Assembly (NCBI GenBank): GCA_963693365.1
Contig: CAVNZM010000012.1
Span: forward strand, 1,488,001-1,552,000
Length of the DNA stretch: 64,000 nt
Direction: 5' to 3'
From: Amoebidium appalachense
Taxonomy: Eukaryota; Protista; Ichthyosporea
Shown: positions 19,547 through 47,062 of the stretch, in pieces
Layout of the letters: each line of letters begins with the position of its first letter
Numbering within the stretch: the stretch's first letter is position 1
Notes under the pieces: generated by a model
Seen by the model: only the letters and a program-made list of their open reading frames with translations
Databases searched by the model: none
Told to the model about the DNA's origin: nothing
Made by a program: the position numbers and the translations under genes

Positions 19547-20203
19547 GGACAGGGGTGGTGTGGAGGCTAAGATGATAGTATTTTGGTACAAAGAGTTACT
19601 TGATGAGGTGTTGTGTTGTGTCAAAAAGATGTATTATGTACAAAGAAATTGAGTTGTTGTGATACCAACAGGTATTTGAAAACAGAGTGATGTGGCATCT
19701 GTGGGGATGTATAAGCCCACAGTAGTCTCTGGCTGCATTCAATAAAATACCTTGGCTGTAATTCTGAGTCTGTGATTACACACACGTGACACACACACAC
19801 ACACACAAAGAGACACTCAAGCTCATGCGCCTACACACACACACACACAGTGCCACATCGACACACACTTCAAGTTGCATACAGGCGCGCGCGCACACAC
19901 ACACATGTACGCTCATACACACCCCGTGACACCAGCAGCACACAGACGGGGTGCCGTCATACCCACACAGGCTGGTAACCTTTTCGGTGCCCCGAATCCT
20001 CTTCTTTCCCCCATCCCCCCCCCCCCCCCCCCCCCCCCCCCCACCCTCAATCACCCGTAGGCTTCCCCCTCCTCCCCTCCCCTCCCGCCCCGGCCTCCCA
20101 CTCCTCCGCACCTCCCTCTCCTCTTCCTCCCCCCTCCTCCCCCAGCCCCCCCACCACACACACACATTCACACACACGTGTCCGCACGCGCACACACGTG
20201 TGT

Positions 20204-20251
<48 letters not shown>

Positions 20252-20388
20252 GCACGCACGCACCCCCCCCCCCCACACACACACACACATGCGCGCGCAC
20301 ACGCGCACACGCACACGCACACGCGCACGCGCACGCGCACGCGCACGCGCACACGCACACGCACACGCACACGCACACGCACACACAT

Positions 20389-20426
<38 letters not shown>

Positions 20427-21116
20427 GGGCAATTCAAAAAAAAGGGTAAAGCATAAGAGCACAAACTGGTCTTCGGCTGTCGAGCTTTATCCCCACTACC
20501 ATATTCCTGCCTGCCTCTTAGGAAGGAAGGAGAAAGAAATGTCGTCTCTCCCTGCTTGCCTAGTACGTGGAGATGGAGGGAGAGACCTTTGCATATATCA
20601 CTGGGAGCATTTAATCCCCTCCCCCCCTCCCACCCCGGTCCCCCTCCCTCCCCCCCCCCCCCCCCAAAACCAACCATCCCCACCCCACCCCGGCTTAGCA
20701 CAAATAATAAAAAACAAGAAATAAAACAAAAACAGAAAAATTGGAGAGGTGAGGTCCAACGACAACGTTATGAGGGATGGCCGGGATGAGGGTCGGGCGG
20801 GCGGGCGGGCGGGGGGGGGGGGGGGGGGGGGGGGGGATTGATGGAATAGGGGGGGAGGATGGGGGGTACAAGTGGTGGTGGTGGTGGTGGGAAGAAAAGA
20901 GAGGCTGGTTAAGCACATCTAACGTTAACATGCTCGCGTCCTACGGGTACATAGGTAAAGGCCTTCAAGTATTCCGCAAAAACAGCTGTATTAGAAAAGT
21001 TACCACAGGTTGCACGTTGATACCTCTCTCGGGTCATGTGGGGGTGTGATTGGCCAGTGTGTGTGCCCGTATGGTTTTTCTTGTTTCTTGGGTGCAGGGA
21101 CGGAGGGAGGGGAAGA

Positions 21117-21149
<33 letters not shown>

Positions 21150-21538
21150 AGGGAGGGGAGGGGGGGGGTGGGGGGGGGGGCGGAAGCAGAAGGGGCAGAG
21201 AAGGTGTATTCGGATACCTTCGGAAACGAGATGCTGAGAGCCTAAGGGGCCCTAGGAGAAGGGGGAGGGGGGGGGGGGGGAGGGGGGGGAGAGGGAAGGG
21301 GGAAATTGGGGGGGGGGGGGGGGGGGGGCACAGGAAGTTTGGGGACATTTTGAGGTTGTCTCCCCAGACTCTTGAGGCAAAGCCGTATGGTGTTGAACGG
21401 AAAGGTATTTCTGTTTCTGAATAGTCTGGGCCTGATCCGAAACCATGACATAATCTACAACAAATCTTCGCTATGCCAAAGAACAACACTTTGCCCTCTC
21501 CAGCTATCATTCACGAACAGAACTAATTAGTGCCCCCC

Positions 21539-21571
<33 letters not shown>

Positions 21572-21833
21572 CCCAATTGGAGTTTACGGGGACTACAAGC
21601 CGGCCTCAATTGGCCGGAAAAATAATGTGCCAAAAGCTGAATAAGAACCCAAAAAAGGCAATGAGGCGTGGAAAGCCAGTTTTGCCATCTTCATGGTGGT
21701 TGGGATTACGCATTTAGTGGTAACTATATACTTCACACACACACACAGAAATTTGCCAGCTTATCTCCCTCTCCCTCGCGCTCTCTGCCTTCTTCTTCTT
21801 CTTGCGCTCTCTGCCTTCTTCTTCTTCTTCTTC

Positions 21834-21867
<34 letters not shown>

Positions 21868-21911
21868 GATCTTCGCTAACATATATGTGTTTGCATACAA
21901 AAATACTGCCG

Positions 21912-24893
<2,982 letters not shown>

Positions 24894-24921
24894 CTGTGGG
24901 TTGTGTGTGTGTATGTGTGCG

Positions 24922-25009
<88 letters not shown>

Positions 25010-25032
25010 GGTGGGTGGGTGGGTGGGTGGGT

Positions 25033-25104
<72 letters not shown>

Positions 25105-25408
25105 ATGTGCGTGTGTGTGCATGTGTGCGCGCGTGTGCATGTGCATGTGCGTGTGCGCGTGCGTGTGCATGTGCATGTGCGTGTGCGTGTGCGTGTGGGT
25201 GTGCGTGTGCATGTGCGTGTGTGTACGCCTGTGCGTTGTGCGTGTGGTTGTTAAAACGGAAAAGAAATAGAAAAGGCACAAAAGACACAAATCATAACTT
25301 GATTATTATAAATGACTCAAAAATATAGGCGACAGCCAGGCTACACGTGGATGCGGACTTTGGGTGTCATTTATGAGCATCCTTCCCATCTTAGAGCCCC
25401 CCCGCCTC

Positions 25409-25444
<36 letters not shown>

Positions 25445-26766
25445 CCACCCCTCACCCCCTTTTTACCCCCCTTTCTGTAAACAAAAATACCCAAGTGCAC
25501 TTGGTGACTGTCATGTCTCCACCCCTCATAGTTCATAGGTACAGTATACAGGTCCAGGTTTATCAAAAATTTCAAAAAAATATTAATATAAGAAAACAGT
25601 GTCACCCTCCTTTGTGGTTTTGAAGGTAACAGGGTCAAACTGGTAGTTGCAGAATGCCTTGGCAGAAAACCCCATGACGTTTTTGGTGTGCCAATATTGA
25701 TGAGCTTAAAGGGCGATTTAATAAGTTCTAGTACTGAGGCACTTAGAAGTGTAAGCAGAAAATATACTCAAGGTGTCATGCCACTGGTAGGTGTACTCAA
25801 AAGTAACTATTTTATGATGACCAGAAGTAGAGAAGTGGGGGGCCGTCCCTAAAAAAACAGAAAGGACGGTGTTCAGAACTCTATAAAGAAAAGTAAATAA
25901 AGCAGGGTGTTTCACAGGGAGTGCCACTCAGAAAATAAACAGGAAAATTGGTTATACTGTAGTAAAATGCATATTCTTATAACGGCCAAGTCTTCTGAAG
26001 TAAATTCTACTTCCAAACCGTTGTGAGTGGGGATGCAAGTCAGTAAAAAAGGTAGTAAAAATAAAAGAAAACAGAACAGGAAAAGTGTCGGTGGAATTTC
26101 TATACCAGCTATGTTCTGAAATCTACCTCCAAAAGTGGAGCAAATAGTGTGCATGCGATGTTTTTTGCTATTTTTTTTACTATGATGATATGAATGGTAT
26201 GATAGTGTGACTCAAAAAGCCAGTCTAACCAAGGTCTATAAAGAGTACCGAGGGCCTGTAAAATCTGAGGCGGGCACGTGGCACGTGGCTCTAAAGTTTT
26301 TTTTTTATTCCTATTTGTTCCAAGGAATTCCTTTTCCAGTACCGGACCAATCACAAATGGCCCTAGGCTGTCATCATGCATCACACTCGCCTTTGTAACG
26401 AAGGCTGCATAAACATTCGACTATTAAATACAGAAAAGCTAGTGAGACAGTCTTTCTTGAAGTACAAATAGTCCATGTACAATATAAAAAGGTTTTCAGC
26501 ATGCTACACGATGGCACCTTGTGTCAAGTTAAGCTGAAACACTGGTTCGTTCGATGGATACGAGAAATGAGTTTGGACCAATAATAATGGTTGTGGTATC
26601 ATGGAAGGAATTTCATGGCTTTTGAGTGTCACGTGCACCAAGACCAAATTGATTCTGTATAAGTAACCATTTGCCTCCGGCGGAGGGCAAAAAGGTGGGG
26701 GAAAGGAGGGGGGGAGGGGGGGGAGGGCAAGTGTTTCCACGTTTGCCATCCTGAAATTCCCTATAG

Positions 26767-26829
<63 letters not shown>

Positions 26830-27200
26830 TTCCCAAAAGGGGGGGGGGGGGGGAAGAAACTTTTGCTAATTGCAATGATATAGTAGATCTCTGACAGGAC
26901 CAGTCCTGTTAAATCTATATTTAGACCCGCCCAGCCATTGGTTTCCAACGTGTGCACGTACTTGCAACAAAGCACGTGCCACGCCCGTGTACGATAATGG
27001 GTTATGAGCAACAAAACCGATGAGGCCTCACATTCCCCTTAAAGCTAAGCTTCTTCAATCCGAGTTGGAAGGAGAATATTCTATACAGCATCATGGCGAG
27101 CACCCTGGCTCCCAGACCCAAAGAACTGGTTACCCCCCCCCACCCCCCCACGCCCCTCCCTCCTACCCCCCCCCCCCCCCCCACACACACACACCCCTTC

Positions 27201-27232
<32 letters not shown>

Positions 27233-27685
27233 ACCCCCCCCACCCCCTCCCTCCCCCTTCCCCCTCAGCCCAAGAGTCAATTGGAAAACAAACCGGAGTA
27301 GAATGTAGGCTAAGTTGGGGAGGGAAATCTCCAAGCCCCACGGCTCACGGGATGAGTCTGAGTTGAATGTTCGGGTCAGACAATTCAACATCTCCCTCAT
27401 GCTGGAAATAATCTGCCACTGACACCGTTCAACCCATGTGGAAAATTTTTGTGTGCCGTATGATATGCACTACATATACATGTATCATGATACGGGGTGT
27501 TGCATATGGACATGAACGGGATTAGCAGAGAACCTTCTCAGCCAGGATGATGCGTGTGTATGTGTGTGTGTGTGTATGTGTGCGTGTGGTTGTGGCCCGG
27601 GGGGTACCTGTGTGTGTGTGTGTGTATGTCACCGGTGTCTGTGTGTCTGTGTGTGTGTGCGTGTGTGCGTGTGTGTGTGTGTAAA

Positions 27686-27847
<162 letters not shown>

Positions 27848-27886
27848 TATGTGTGTGCGTGCCACACTGTATGTGTGCGTGTCGTG

Positions 27887-27974
<88 letters not shown>

Positions 27975-28339
27975 TGTGTGCTTGTGTTGTGTGTATGTGT
28001 GTAAGTTCAAGTTATCATAAACTAGCTCTTTTTTTTTGGGGGGGGGGGGGGGGGGGGGGGAGGGGGAAGGGGGTTGGCACCGGGGGAAGGGGGGAGGGGA
28101 GGAGGGGAGGGGTCGGGGGGTCGGTCGGGGGACGGAAGCAGTGTTACACAGAGTGCTACAGGATATCTTTATAATCAGCAACTGAAACTACACTGGCACA
28201 GCCGGGGTTTCATTTAATAGAGAATTTGACTCTGCCAACTCAGGTATACAAATAGTTCGAGCCTCGTCCTAGAAAAACAATGAAACTTACGAGTTTCAAC
28301 AGTGGCCGTTGCATATTTACATCCATTCAAAGTTCTGAA

Positions 28340-28932
28340 TCAGACTTGTGTTGTTGCTTGTTCATCGTCAATTTGCGGCGCACAAAAAAATCTACGCAAC
28401 ACTCCCCTTAGCTTGTTATACCTTGAAGCCTCCCCATTGTTTTGCCACCCATGTGGCGATACGAGAAACACCCAATAAACAGCTGCATTTAAAACACCAG
28501 ATATGCTGACACAGGCAGATTGAAAAGGACCGAACCAACTTGGGACTTTTATATGTATTTTTGGCAGGGTGAGGAGGGTAAAAAGAACAAAAGGGAACCA
28601 CGTGACCACATACACGAGCACAAAAAGGTTCATGTGTCTACCAAGTTTGCGCTGTTGAACAAGTCGTCGCTCCTCGGCCGCTGACGCGATGCTGAGTGCT
28701 GATTGGTTGTGGGGTGGACCAATCACGTGGCTTGTAGATGTCACGGTCACACTAGTACTCATGGAGCTCAGCCTTGCCTGTTGTACCCGTGTTTGGAACT
28801 TGGAAATACGCACGTGTACACACACACACACATGTACACACACACATGCACACATTGCACACACGCGTGCACGTGGGCGCACCCGCGTGCGCACAAACAT
28901 ACACAAACACATTATACACACACACACAGTGT

Positions 28933-28965
<33 letters not shown>

Positions 28966-29102
28966 ACACACACAAACACACACACGTGCGCATATGCACG
29001 CGCACGCACACACATACACACATGCACACACGCACATTCACTCATGTCCACATGCACACACGCACACACACACACACACACACACATGCACATACACACA
29101 CA

Positions 29103-29145
<43 letters not shown>

Positions 29146-29152
29146 ACATACA

Positions 29153-29197
<45 letters not shown>

Positions 29198-29209
29198 ATA
29201 CACATACAT

Positions 29210-29286
<77 letters not shown>

Positions 29287-31286
29287 CACACGTGCACCTA
29301 CGTAGGCATACACACTCAAAGACACTCAGCAATGCAAGCAACACTTGCACACACACATACAACTTTTAGCGGACACAAACACAGATGCATACACACACAC
29401 ACACACACACACACACTAACTCCATATACACACATGTGTGCCCATGTACACAGACAAACACACAGACACACACAGACACGGACACATGCCCGCATGCATG
29501 CCCGCATGCACGCAAGCACGGATCCACACACGGTAATGAACATTACCATTTGTACATTACTCAGGACATCCCAGAATTACAAAATACCCACCCATTTTTT
29601 CTTTTTGTGGGGGGAGGGGGGGGGGGGGGTTAGGATTTCGGCCAAGTCTGCACCTGAGGCTCATTCATTCGAAGTCCCGCATTCAGGGCCCCTTTACACT
29701 TTACATGGGGTGTAGTTCAAGTTGTACAATACACAATAATCCCCCCCCCCCCCCCCCCCCCCCCCCAGGAAAAAAAAAACCCAAAAAAAAAAAACCAACC
29801 TCCCTCTCCCTCTCCAGAGCCGAGGATATGCTGCAAATTAGTACAAGCTTTGTGGTTGTGCAATGTGCATGTAACAGTCGAAGACGGCACATCAACAAGT
29901 CAAAAAGTTAGCCGGCGTTCAAAAAGAGAGGGAGAGGGGTTTGTAGTTAGTTTTTTTTTTTGGGGGGGGGGAGGGGGGGGGGGGGGGAAGGGGGATGGGT
30001 GAAGGGGGTGGGCTGGTAAGTGACCGGCCTCCGGAGGTGGGGGGGGGGGGGAAGGGGGGGGGGGGGGGGGAGGCACATACCTTTGATGGGTGCTTGGGTG
30101 AGGTTTTTGTGACGGGGAGGCCCGGCTGAGACCTGCTGCACACCATTTGGCCCTCAGGGGGACACATGGTGCCTGATGCAAGTCGATCAGCCAGGGATGC
30201 GTGTCGGAACATAGCCATATTTGGATCACAGTCATCGGAGCGGCGTGAAAGGTCAAACATTGTTTGATCACATTCCTGCCGTGATTCACGACGAATGGAA
30301 ATGGCTGAAATTGGCGGTTGATTATGAACTGAATCGCTAGTGGTTTGGTGCGACTTCAAACCACTTTGGTCTTGGGGTGGGATTGGAATTCTTATGAGAT
30401 GATCCGCATTGACAGCCTGTGTCTCTGTGACGCCAGCCCCAACTTGGTAATCGTTGGTGGTCAATTCTTTCGCTTTTGTGTTCAAGAAAATTTCTTCCCT
30501 ATTTACTGCATTTAGAGACACGCGTGGAGGGTGTAGGGGGTTTCCTTCTATAGCAGTACTAGTCTTTGAGGTCCACAGTTGGAGAGATCGGAATCGCACG
30601 CTTTTGGATCGAAATCGGATCGATTGCCTAATGCGGTAGGTGGATGTGAAGTAGCAGAAGGCCGATATGACCAATGAAAGAAGGGGGAACACGACGTTGT
30701 AAAGCAGACTGAGAGGAAAATACTTTGCTGTTACTCCACACCTCATCACAATTCTGTGATAATTGGAATATCATAAAATCTATGTCAGTGGGTCGGCGGT
30801 AGAGGCACGATCAAAAAAGAACCGCAAGAGACTTGTAACAACCAATAACCCGTCCCCCCCCCCCCCCCCCCCCCCCCCCATCCCCTCCCCCTCCCCCCCG
30901 CCCCGCCCGCCCGCCTGCCCGCCCGCCCGCCCACCCTTCCGTTTGCACCTTCATCAGCATTGACCTTTTTTTACCCTTAGGAACCTGCATTTAGAGTATT
31001 TATAAAGGCTGCCCTTTGAGGTTTCTTACAACCATCGAGCTCAATAACTCCCCAAAATAGAGGCAAACACGGAAGCCCCCTGCTTCACGCACACACACAT
31101 GAGCTCAAGGGGACAACCACCAGCACACGCAAACAAATACAGACACACACACAGACACACGCGTACACAGACACACACACACACAGACACACACACAGAC
31201 ACACACGTACAGGGACACACACACAGACACATTCACAACACACACACAGACACACACACAACGCACACACACGCACACACACGCAG

Positions 31287-31326
<40 letters not shown>

Positions 31327-31817
31327 ACACACACACACATTTCATGTTGAGGCACATGCACGCACGGGCAGCACTGTCTTCGAACGATGCAAGCTTACCT
31401 TCCGTATCCCCTAGGAAGCGCAAGAGGAATAATCGCTAGGAGGAAAGGCACGCCGATTCCCACAAATAGAAGTGTGCGAATTCTTTTGATGATCGGCGAT
31501 CGGTTTTTCACAATCACAGCCCACACATTTCCAGCCACCAACACAGGGCAAAATGTCGCAGATAACATCACCGTAGTCACCCCCAAACCCATCAAAGTGC
31601 ACACACGTGTATCTGCACACGTGTTCGGATGAAACAGTTGTATTGCGCCCACCACAACGACCCAAAGGGACCATAAGAAATCGGCCAGGCTTATCAGCCC
31701 CGGAAAGAACTGCATGATGCTGAAATTTTGGCGGTCGTTTTTCCATTTTTGGAAGACTTTGAAAATGACGTAGGCGCTTGGGAAAAGTGCTGCAGAAGTG
31801 CACGCCACAGAAATCAC
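28340..31817 (-). CDS. 7TM GPCR copy 5, apparently intact (exons 31817-31399, 30753-30081, 28777-28340; at least 509 aa; start exon unresolved)
   Basis: Exons of 419+673+438 nt join in frame through GT-AG introns. Seven hydrophobic segments, Cys before TM3 and in IVMRCGV, and an ICL3 longer than 200 aa. Confidence 0.85.
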
Positions 31818-31821
31818 CTGG

Positions 31822-31891
<70 letters not shown>

Positions 31892-32173
31892 ACGCGCGCA
31901 CGCACGTGCGTGTGTGCGTGCGTGGTGGATGCGTGGGTGGGTGCGTGGGTGCGTGCGTGGGTACGTGCGTGTGTGCGTGGGTGGGTGGGTCGTGCGTGCG
32001 CATCTGTGTGCGTGCGTGTGCGTCTGCGTGGGCCTGTGTGTATGGGTCTGTGCGCGCATGAGTATTTCAAACAACCATAAGCACTGTGGGCCCCGGTTGG
32101 GTGGGTGGTTGTGTGGATAGATAATTGGGGTAAGGGGGAGGTGGAGAGGGTTGGGGACGAGGGTAGGGGTGAG

Positions 32174-32225
<52 letters not shown>

Positions 32226-33801
32226 ATGGGGGGGGGGGGGAGGGGGGGGAGGAGGAAGTGGCGGAAAAAACAGACTGTGTCGATGACATAACAGTTTAAT
32301 GCCAGGTGCACCAGAGTTTTGCTAACGTGAGAGAAAATCAAGCACGGGGGGCATTTCTGTGTGGAAATTGATCAAATACCTACGATTATTTCTTTTCAAA
32401 GGGCACAACAAAGAGCAAAAAAGGGGGGAGGCGTAAAAACTAACGTGACCACCAACAAAAATAAGTAGAGCAAGCACCTAATTTGAGTTCCAAACACCTG
32501 CCCTTTGCACAGTCGCGTGTGTGTGAAAAAAACCCTGCAGTCTTCGCTGCAGACACTACTTGGGTGGCGAAAAATCACACAAATCTGGTTTTACACACAC
32601 ACACACCTTCGTGGTCTTGTATGTTGCAGCGTCAAACTGGTAATCACAAGGTGTTAACCCCATCATGCTTCCAACTGTGGTTCAAAACTCGTCTCCAGAG
32701 AGAGAAAATGGGTGCTTCTTGGTGTGTGCCCTCTACAGGCGCATAATCCCCCTTACGCAAACAGTCGAAAAAATAGTCACCGTGGAAAAGTGGTGATTAA
32801 TTTTACGTGGAAAAAGTGGTGATTAATTTTTACGATGGTGTGCAAGAAGGGCAAGTCTTCGAGGAAAAACAGGCTGAGGGGGAACATGGGCTCGACTGAG
32901 GTTTTGAACGGTTTCGTTATGGGGACCCGGGGAAAAAAAAAAGTTTGAAAAAGGTAATAGATTTTAGGTTTCCCTCACTTATCAAGCAACCACTCGTCAC
33001 GGTTCTAATACTCACGGGACATACGGTTACAGTGTTTATAAGTCTTGATCTCAACACTGAGTCATAGATATAGAATAGCTAAACCTGCGCAAATGTTTGG
33101 CACCTTACTGTAACAACCTACGGTGTAAACCAACCTGAAGTACCGAATATGAAACCGAATTTTTTTGTGTACACACACGTGTACTGCAATAACAAGGCTT
33201 TTCCATGGAGTTCGACCAAACCAAGTCGGACCATGGCAGTACGTATTTGAAAAAGGAAATTTATGGCTGCTGAGTTACCTTATATGGTGTGCAGACGAAA
33301 TGTCACGTGTGTGAGCCCACACACCAGAAACCTCTGACAACTTCCACTCTTATCAGTGAATTCCCGGGGATCTATCTGTTGTTGCGGGAAGGAGGGGGAG
33401 GGATGTGGGAAAGAAGGGGGGGGGGGGGGGGGGGGGGGAGGGGAGACACGGGAGAGGAGGTGCCACAGGTTCTATCACGTTTTCAAAAATGAACAGACCC
33501 CCCCCCCCCCCCCCCCCCTCACCAGGCCCCTCCCCCTTGCCCCCATTTCTTCGGTCAGTTCAGCCAACTTCTGCTGCAACTGACAGGTCCTGTCAGATCC
33601 GAATTTAGACAGTGGAATGCACCGCGTGCATGTACGTGTACATGTGTCACGTGCAACTGAGCGCATTCCACACCCTGCAGTAGTAACTGTTGCGCATGCA
33701 GCTGGCGCGTGCACTGTTACATGTACTGGGGTCCTCTGCCGACGGGGTCCGCAGGACATCGACTCCATAGCAAACAGCAGTTCTTCCTTCCATCCCCCCC
33801 C

Positions 33802-33840
<39 letters not shown>

Positions 33841-34809
33841 CCCCCCCCCTCCCCCCCCCCCCCCCCCCCCCCCCCCCAAGCCTTTCCCCTCCCCCGCCCC
33901 CGGTTCCGGCCCCAGCCCTGTCTCCATCCATCCCGGACCACACTGGCCGGTTTCGATAAGGAAGAGGATGACAGTACGTATCAAACTGTCGGCAGGAAAA
34001 AGGGAGAGCTGTGTCAACCTCCCCCCCCCGACACCTCCTTCCCCCACCCCAACCACCCAACCCACCCACCCGCCCACCCACCCAAACACCCACCCCCCCA
34101 CCCCACCCAAACCCATCCCCCCCAACTCAATTCAACCCGCCCCACCTCCCCACCCCAGGTCATATCCCACCCACCGTGCACACACCCGCGCCCCACGTGC
34201 CCCCCCACCAACCCCACCCCACGAAATCTGCCGTTCTAATCGCACTATGTTACGGCCCAGGCGCCGGGGCCAGTCCCCAACCAGAGCTCGTCACAGTGAG
34301 CACTGAGAGCTCGAGCGGATCCTCCCCACCTGGCTCGTTCATGGTCACCTCTAGATCTTTGTGCCGATGATGCCCGATTCGGCCTTCCATGGCAGGGTCA
34401 CTGGCGTGACATTGGTGACATATGATGGGCCATGGCCACACATGCATACAGTACATGTGAAAAGAAAAGAAAATGAGAACGTGGGTGGGAGAGAGCGCCA
34501 AGAAAAAATTAGCAGCGTATATCCTTCAGGAGGGTCGGACGGCGAAAGGCGCGTACCGCGGCGGATTCCGCGGCGGGCGGCACTGCCACGGGCCCTTGCC
34601 CCACAGTGATTACGGTTACGTAACTGTTATCATCGGCGATCAAAGGGCATGATTTGTGAAACAACACTCAGGGCAGCTTTAAAATTTGCCGCTGAGAGGC
34701 TCAGGGGCTCTCTTACGGCTCAATTGATCAAGAACTTGGGCGGAGGGCTGTGACCAGAGAATTCCAGTCGAAACCTACTTTTTTAGCGTGGCTACGGCAC
34801 CTCGAAACG

Positions 34810-43968
<9,159 letters not shown>

Positions 43969-44036
43969 CAGGGAGAGATTTAAGTTTCCATGTTCCAGCA
44001 TTGATCGAAGGCTATTGGTCAGGGTGGAGGAGGGGG

Positions 44037-44073
<37 letters not shown>

Positions 44074-45057
44074 GGAGAATACTGAATAATGGAAACATAA
44101 TATATCAATGCGCCCGAGCTTCGCAAGAATGTGACTTAGGTGTATGGGAATGAGGGTTGTATGAACCTGCAACAACAATGGATTGCATGCATGTCCTCCG
44201 TATATTTGCTGAATGTATGTTGACTTGACAAGTGATATACGTGGGAGGGAAGGGCTACATGTGTGTAAATCTAAAACCCGTAGTGAACTTAACAATAAAT
44301 ACACCGAAAGACATGCCACTTTTTTACGTGCAAGCAGACACATGCAGGCGCAAGAACACGCCACACCCATTCCCACACATCCTAGACACACAGACACAAT
44401 TTAAATGCCTGGAGGGACTACATTTATATTTGCCATAGTTTTTGCATACAAGCGATGCACGCACTAACACATGCACAGACACGTATTCTTAAGTAATAGT
44501 CTAGCCTCGTATATGTATGAATTTATTCGTTGAAAGTGATTCGCTAAAACAGTAACAGAATATGATGTGCAATAAATGACCATCAAGATATGCACGTGTG
44601 CTTTCAGCACATAGGCATACATGGGATATCAATAAAGGTGTATCAAGTGATGTGTTCAGTTAAAGTATACAAATCAGTAGGCAAAAGAAGAATATGGCAT
44701 CATTTTTCAAAGAGGAATGCAAACTAAACTAAACTGAAGTACATGTGGGACTGAATAATCTTGTATTCATGGTACAGTCACGCGTTTAGAACTCTACCTA
44801 TGTACAGCTATATGCTATGTGTTCATTATGTTGTTTTGCTGAACCTTTTGCGTCTTGCTGGCCTATATGCAATTTTCGTGGGTGTACTTGTGGGCTTGTC
44901 CATATGCTTACATGAATGCATGTTTTCGAAAGTCTTTTCTCTTTCCTCTTACCCTGCTCTCTTACCCCCTATTCTCGCGCATTTCTTTTTCACCTTTGCG
45001 CATTTCTATACAAACATATATCCAATTTATTCTGAATTTCTTATTCGTTTTTGGTTT

Positions 45058-45187
45058 TTAAATGTAATCCAGGTTAAGTCCTGTGATCTTGAATGCCCAA
45101 GCATGCATGCAGGGTAGTTGGTCGATCGTTAGTTTGGGCACGTGCAGGGTGGCAACACCATCAGAGGACAGGCTCACAGGCACCTGT

Positions 45188-45265
<78 letters not shown>

Positions 45266-46474
45266 ACATGCATGTGTGGTTAGTGTATGCTGTGGTAGTG
45301 CTAATTGGCCAGTCAGCGAGTAGTATTTTCACTTGAGTTATATCTTACCCGGCCCCGAATTAATCGGGACTAGGCTCTGCCCGAGGGGAGGTCAGGGGGG
45401 GAGGTAGAAACGATTATTAAAACTAGGGCAGTGCTAAAGCAAGGTCCGTATCTACCATTTTGGTGTTCCACATTGCTGACGTCATTCTGTTAACAATTTC
45501 CACGCAGCCGTTTAGGTGCCCAGAAGATAGCGCAAAATCAGCCCGGGCGAAAGCAGGCTTTTTCAGATGTCGACATAGACCAGTTTCGGTATTTGACACA
45601 AATCGATAACGTCCACTGATTGGTCAGAGCCATCTGACAAATGTGGCTCATGGATCCTCGTCACCCACACCCCTAAAATGCTAGATACGGAGGTTGGTTT
45701 AAACACGTATACATGGTAGGTTGCTCTTGGTGGTGGCAGTGGGTGATTTGGTCTGATCAATTGGCAGAGGTCTGAGACGGTGAAAAGGAGCCAGATAATG
45801 AAGGGTCGACGGTGTGTGTATGTGTTTTGTAACCCAGAGGTGGAAAGGGCGAGGGGGGGGGGGGGGGGGGGGGGGGGAGGGGGGGGGAAGGAGGGATGTA
45901 TGCATTGGAGTGTTGGTAATATGGAGGAGACACCAAAGGGCAAAATATAGCCCCAAATTTCGGGCCCGCACGGTGGCGGAAGACTAATTAAAATGACGTC
46001 ATCAAATGGTCTAAGCAATGTAGGCTATAGAATGTGGCCTGATTGAATTTCTATCCAGGTTTTCATTGGCTAATGGGATGTCGCCATCATTATTTCTCCG
46101 GGATCTAGATCTAAGCAATAAAAACCTGGATACTTTTAACATAAAGAAAAAAGGAGACACACGAGCACCAAAAGGATATAAATAGAGTTAAACAAATAAC
46201 AACATAAGCTTTTAAGATTATTTTGTTCCTCTGATAGTTATTTTCGCTACCATCTTTCTTCACCCATCTTTTAGCCAATGATAACCTGGATAGTTGTTAA
46301 CGAAGCAATTTTTCCTAGTTGGTGGCTCAGCGAGCGCAGAGGTGGATGGTGTGCGTATGGTTCAGAAACAATGATTGTGCAGCAAAATTTGATTAGTAAT
46401 TGTAAAAATATTTTTTTTAAGAATTTTATTGATAATACTAGCGCTGTAAGCAGTTTATAAAAAACATGCTGCCG

Positions 46475-46505
<31 letters not shown>

Positions 46506-47023
46506 GGCAGCGTCATCAGTGGTGCCGACACTGGGGGCTAGGCAAAATATAAACCATCACGAAAATGAAAACCCGAAATGAAACGCTTTTTTGTTGACCC
46601 TAAAATGAAACAAGCAAAAAGCGTGCAGGCAGAAGACACTTGAAAAGAGCCCATCAGCAGGGTTTTCCTCTGCCTCCACAAAAGAACGTGTTTCGACGTT
46701 TTTAACTCCTCGCGCATGGGGGGAGGGGGGAGGGGGGGAGGGGGGGTTTTGCATGTGTAATAGGAAGGAAAGTAAAGGCCCCCGGGGGAGGAGGGGGGGG
46801 GGGGGGGGGGGGAGGGAGAGAGGAGGGGGGGGGGGGGGAGGGGAGGGGGGGGGGGGGGGGGGGTGTTAATACCTGGGCCGTTGAGCCGACCAAGGAAGCA
46901 GCCGTATTGTTGTTTGGTCCTGCCAATGGCCCGAGAATGATTTTGGGCCCCGGCCAGCCCAGGGTGATGGCATACACGGTGGTATTGGATCTGTGTGTGT
47001 ACGTGTGTGTGTTTGTGTGTGGG

Positions 47024-47062
<39 letters not shown>

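Noticed and set aside
33613-33670. GTGGAATGC...GCATTCCAC hairpin as a pre-miRNA
   Set aside because: Only a 9-bp outer stem; the interior pairing comes from low-complexity purine-pyrimidine alternation.
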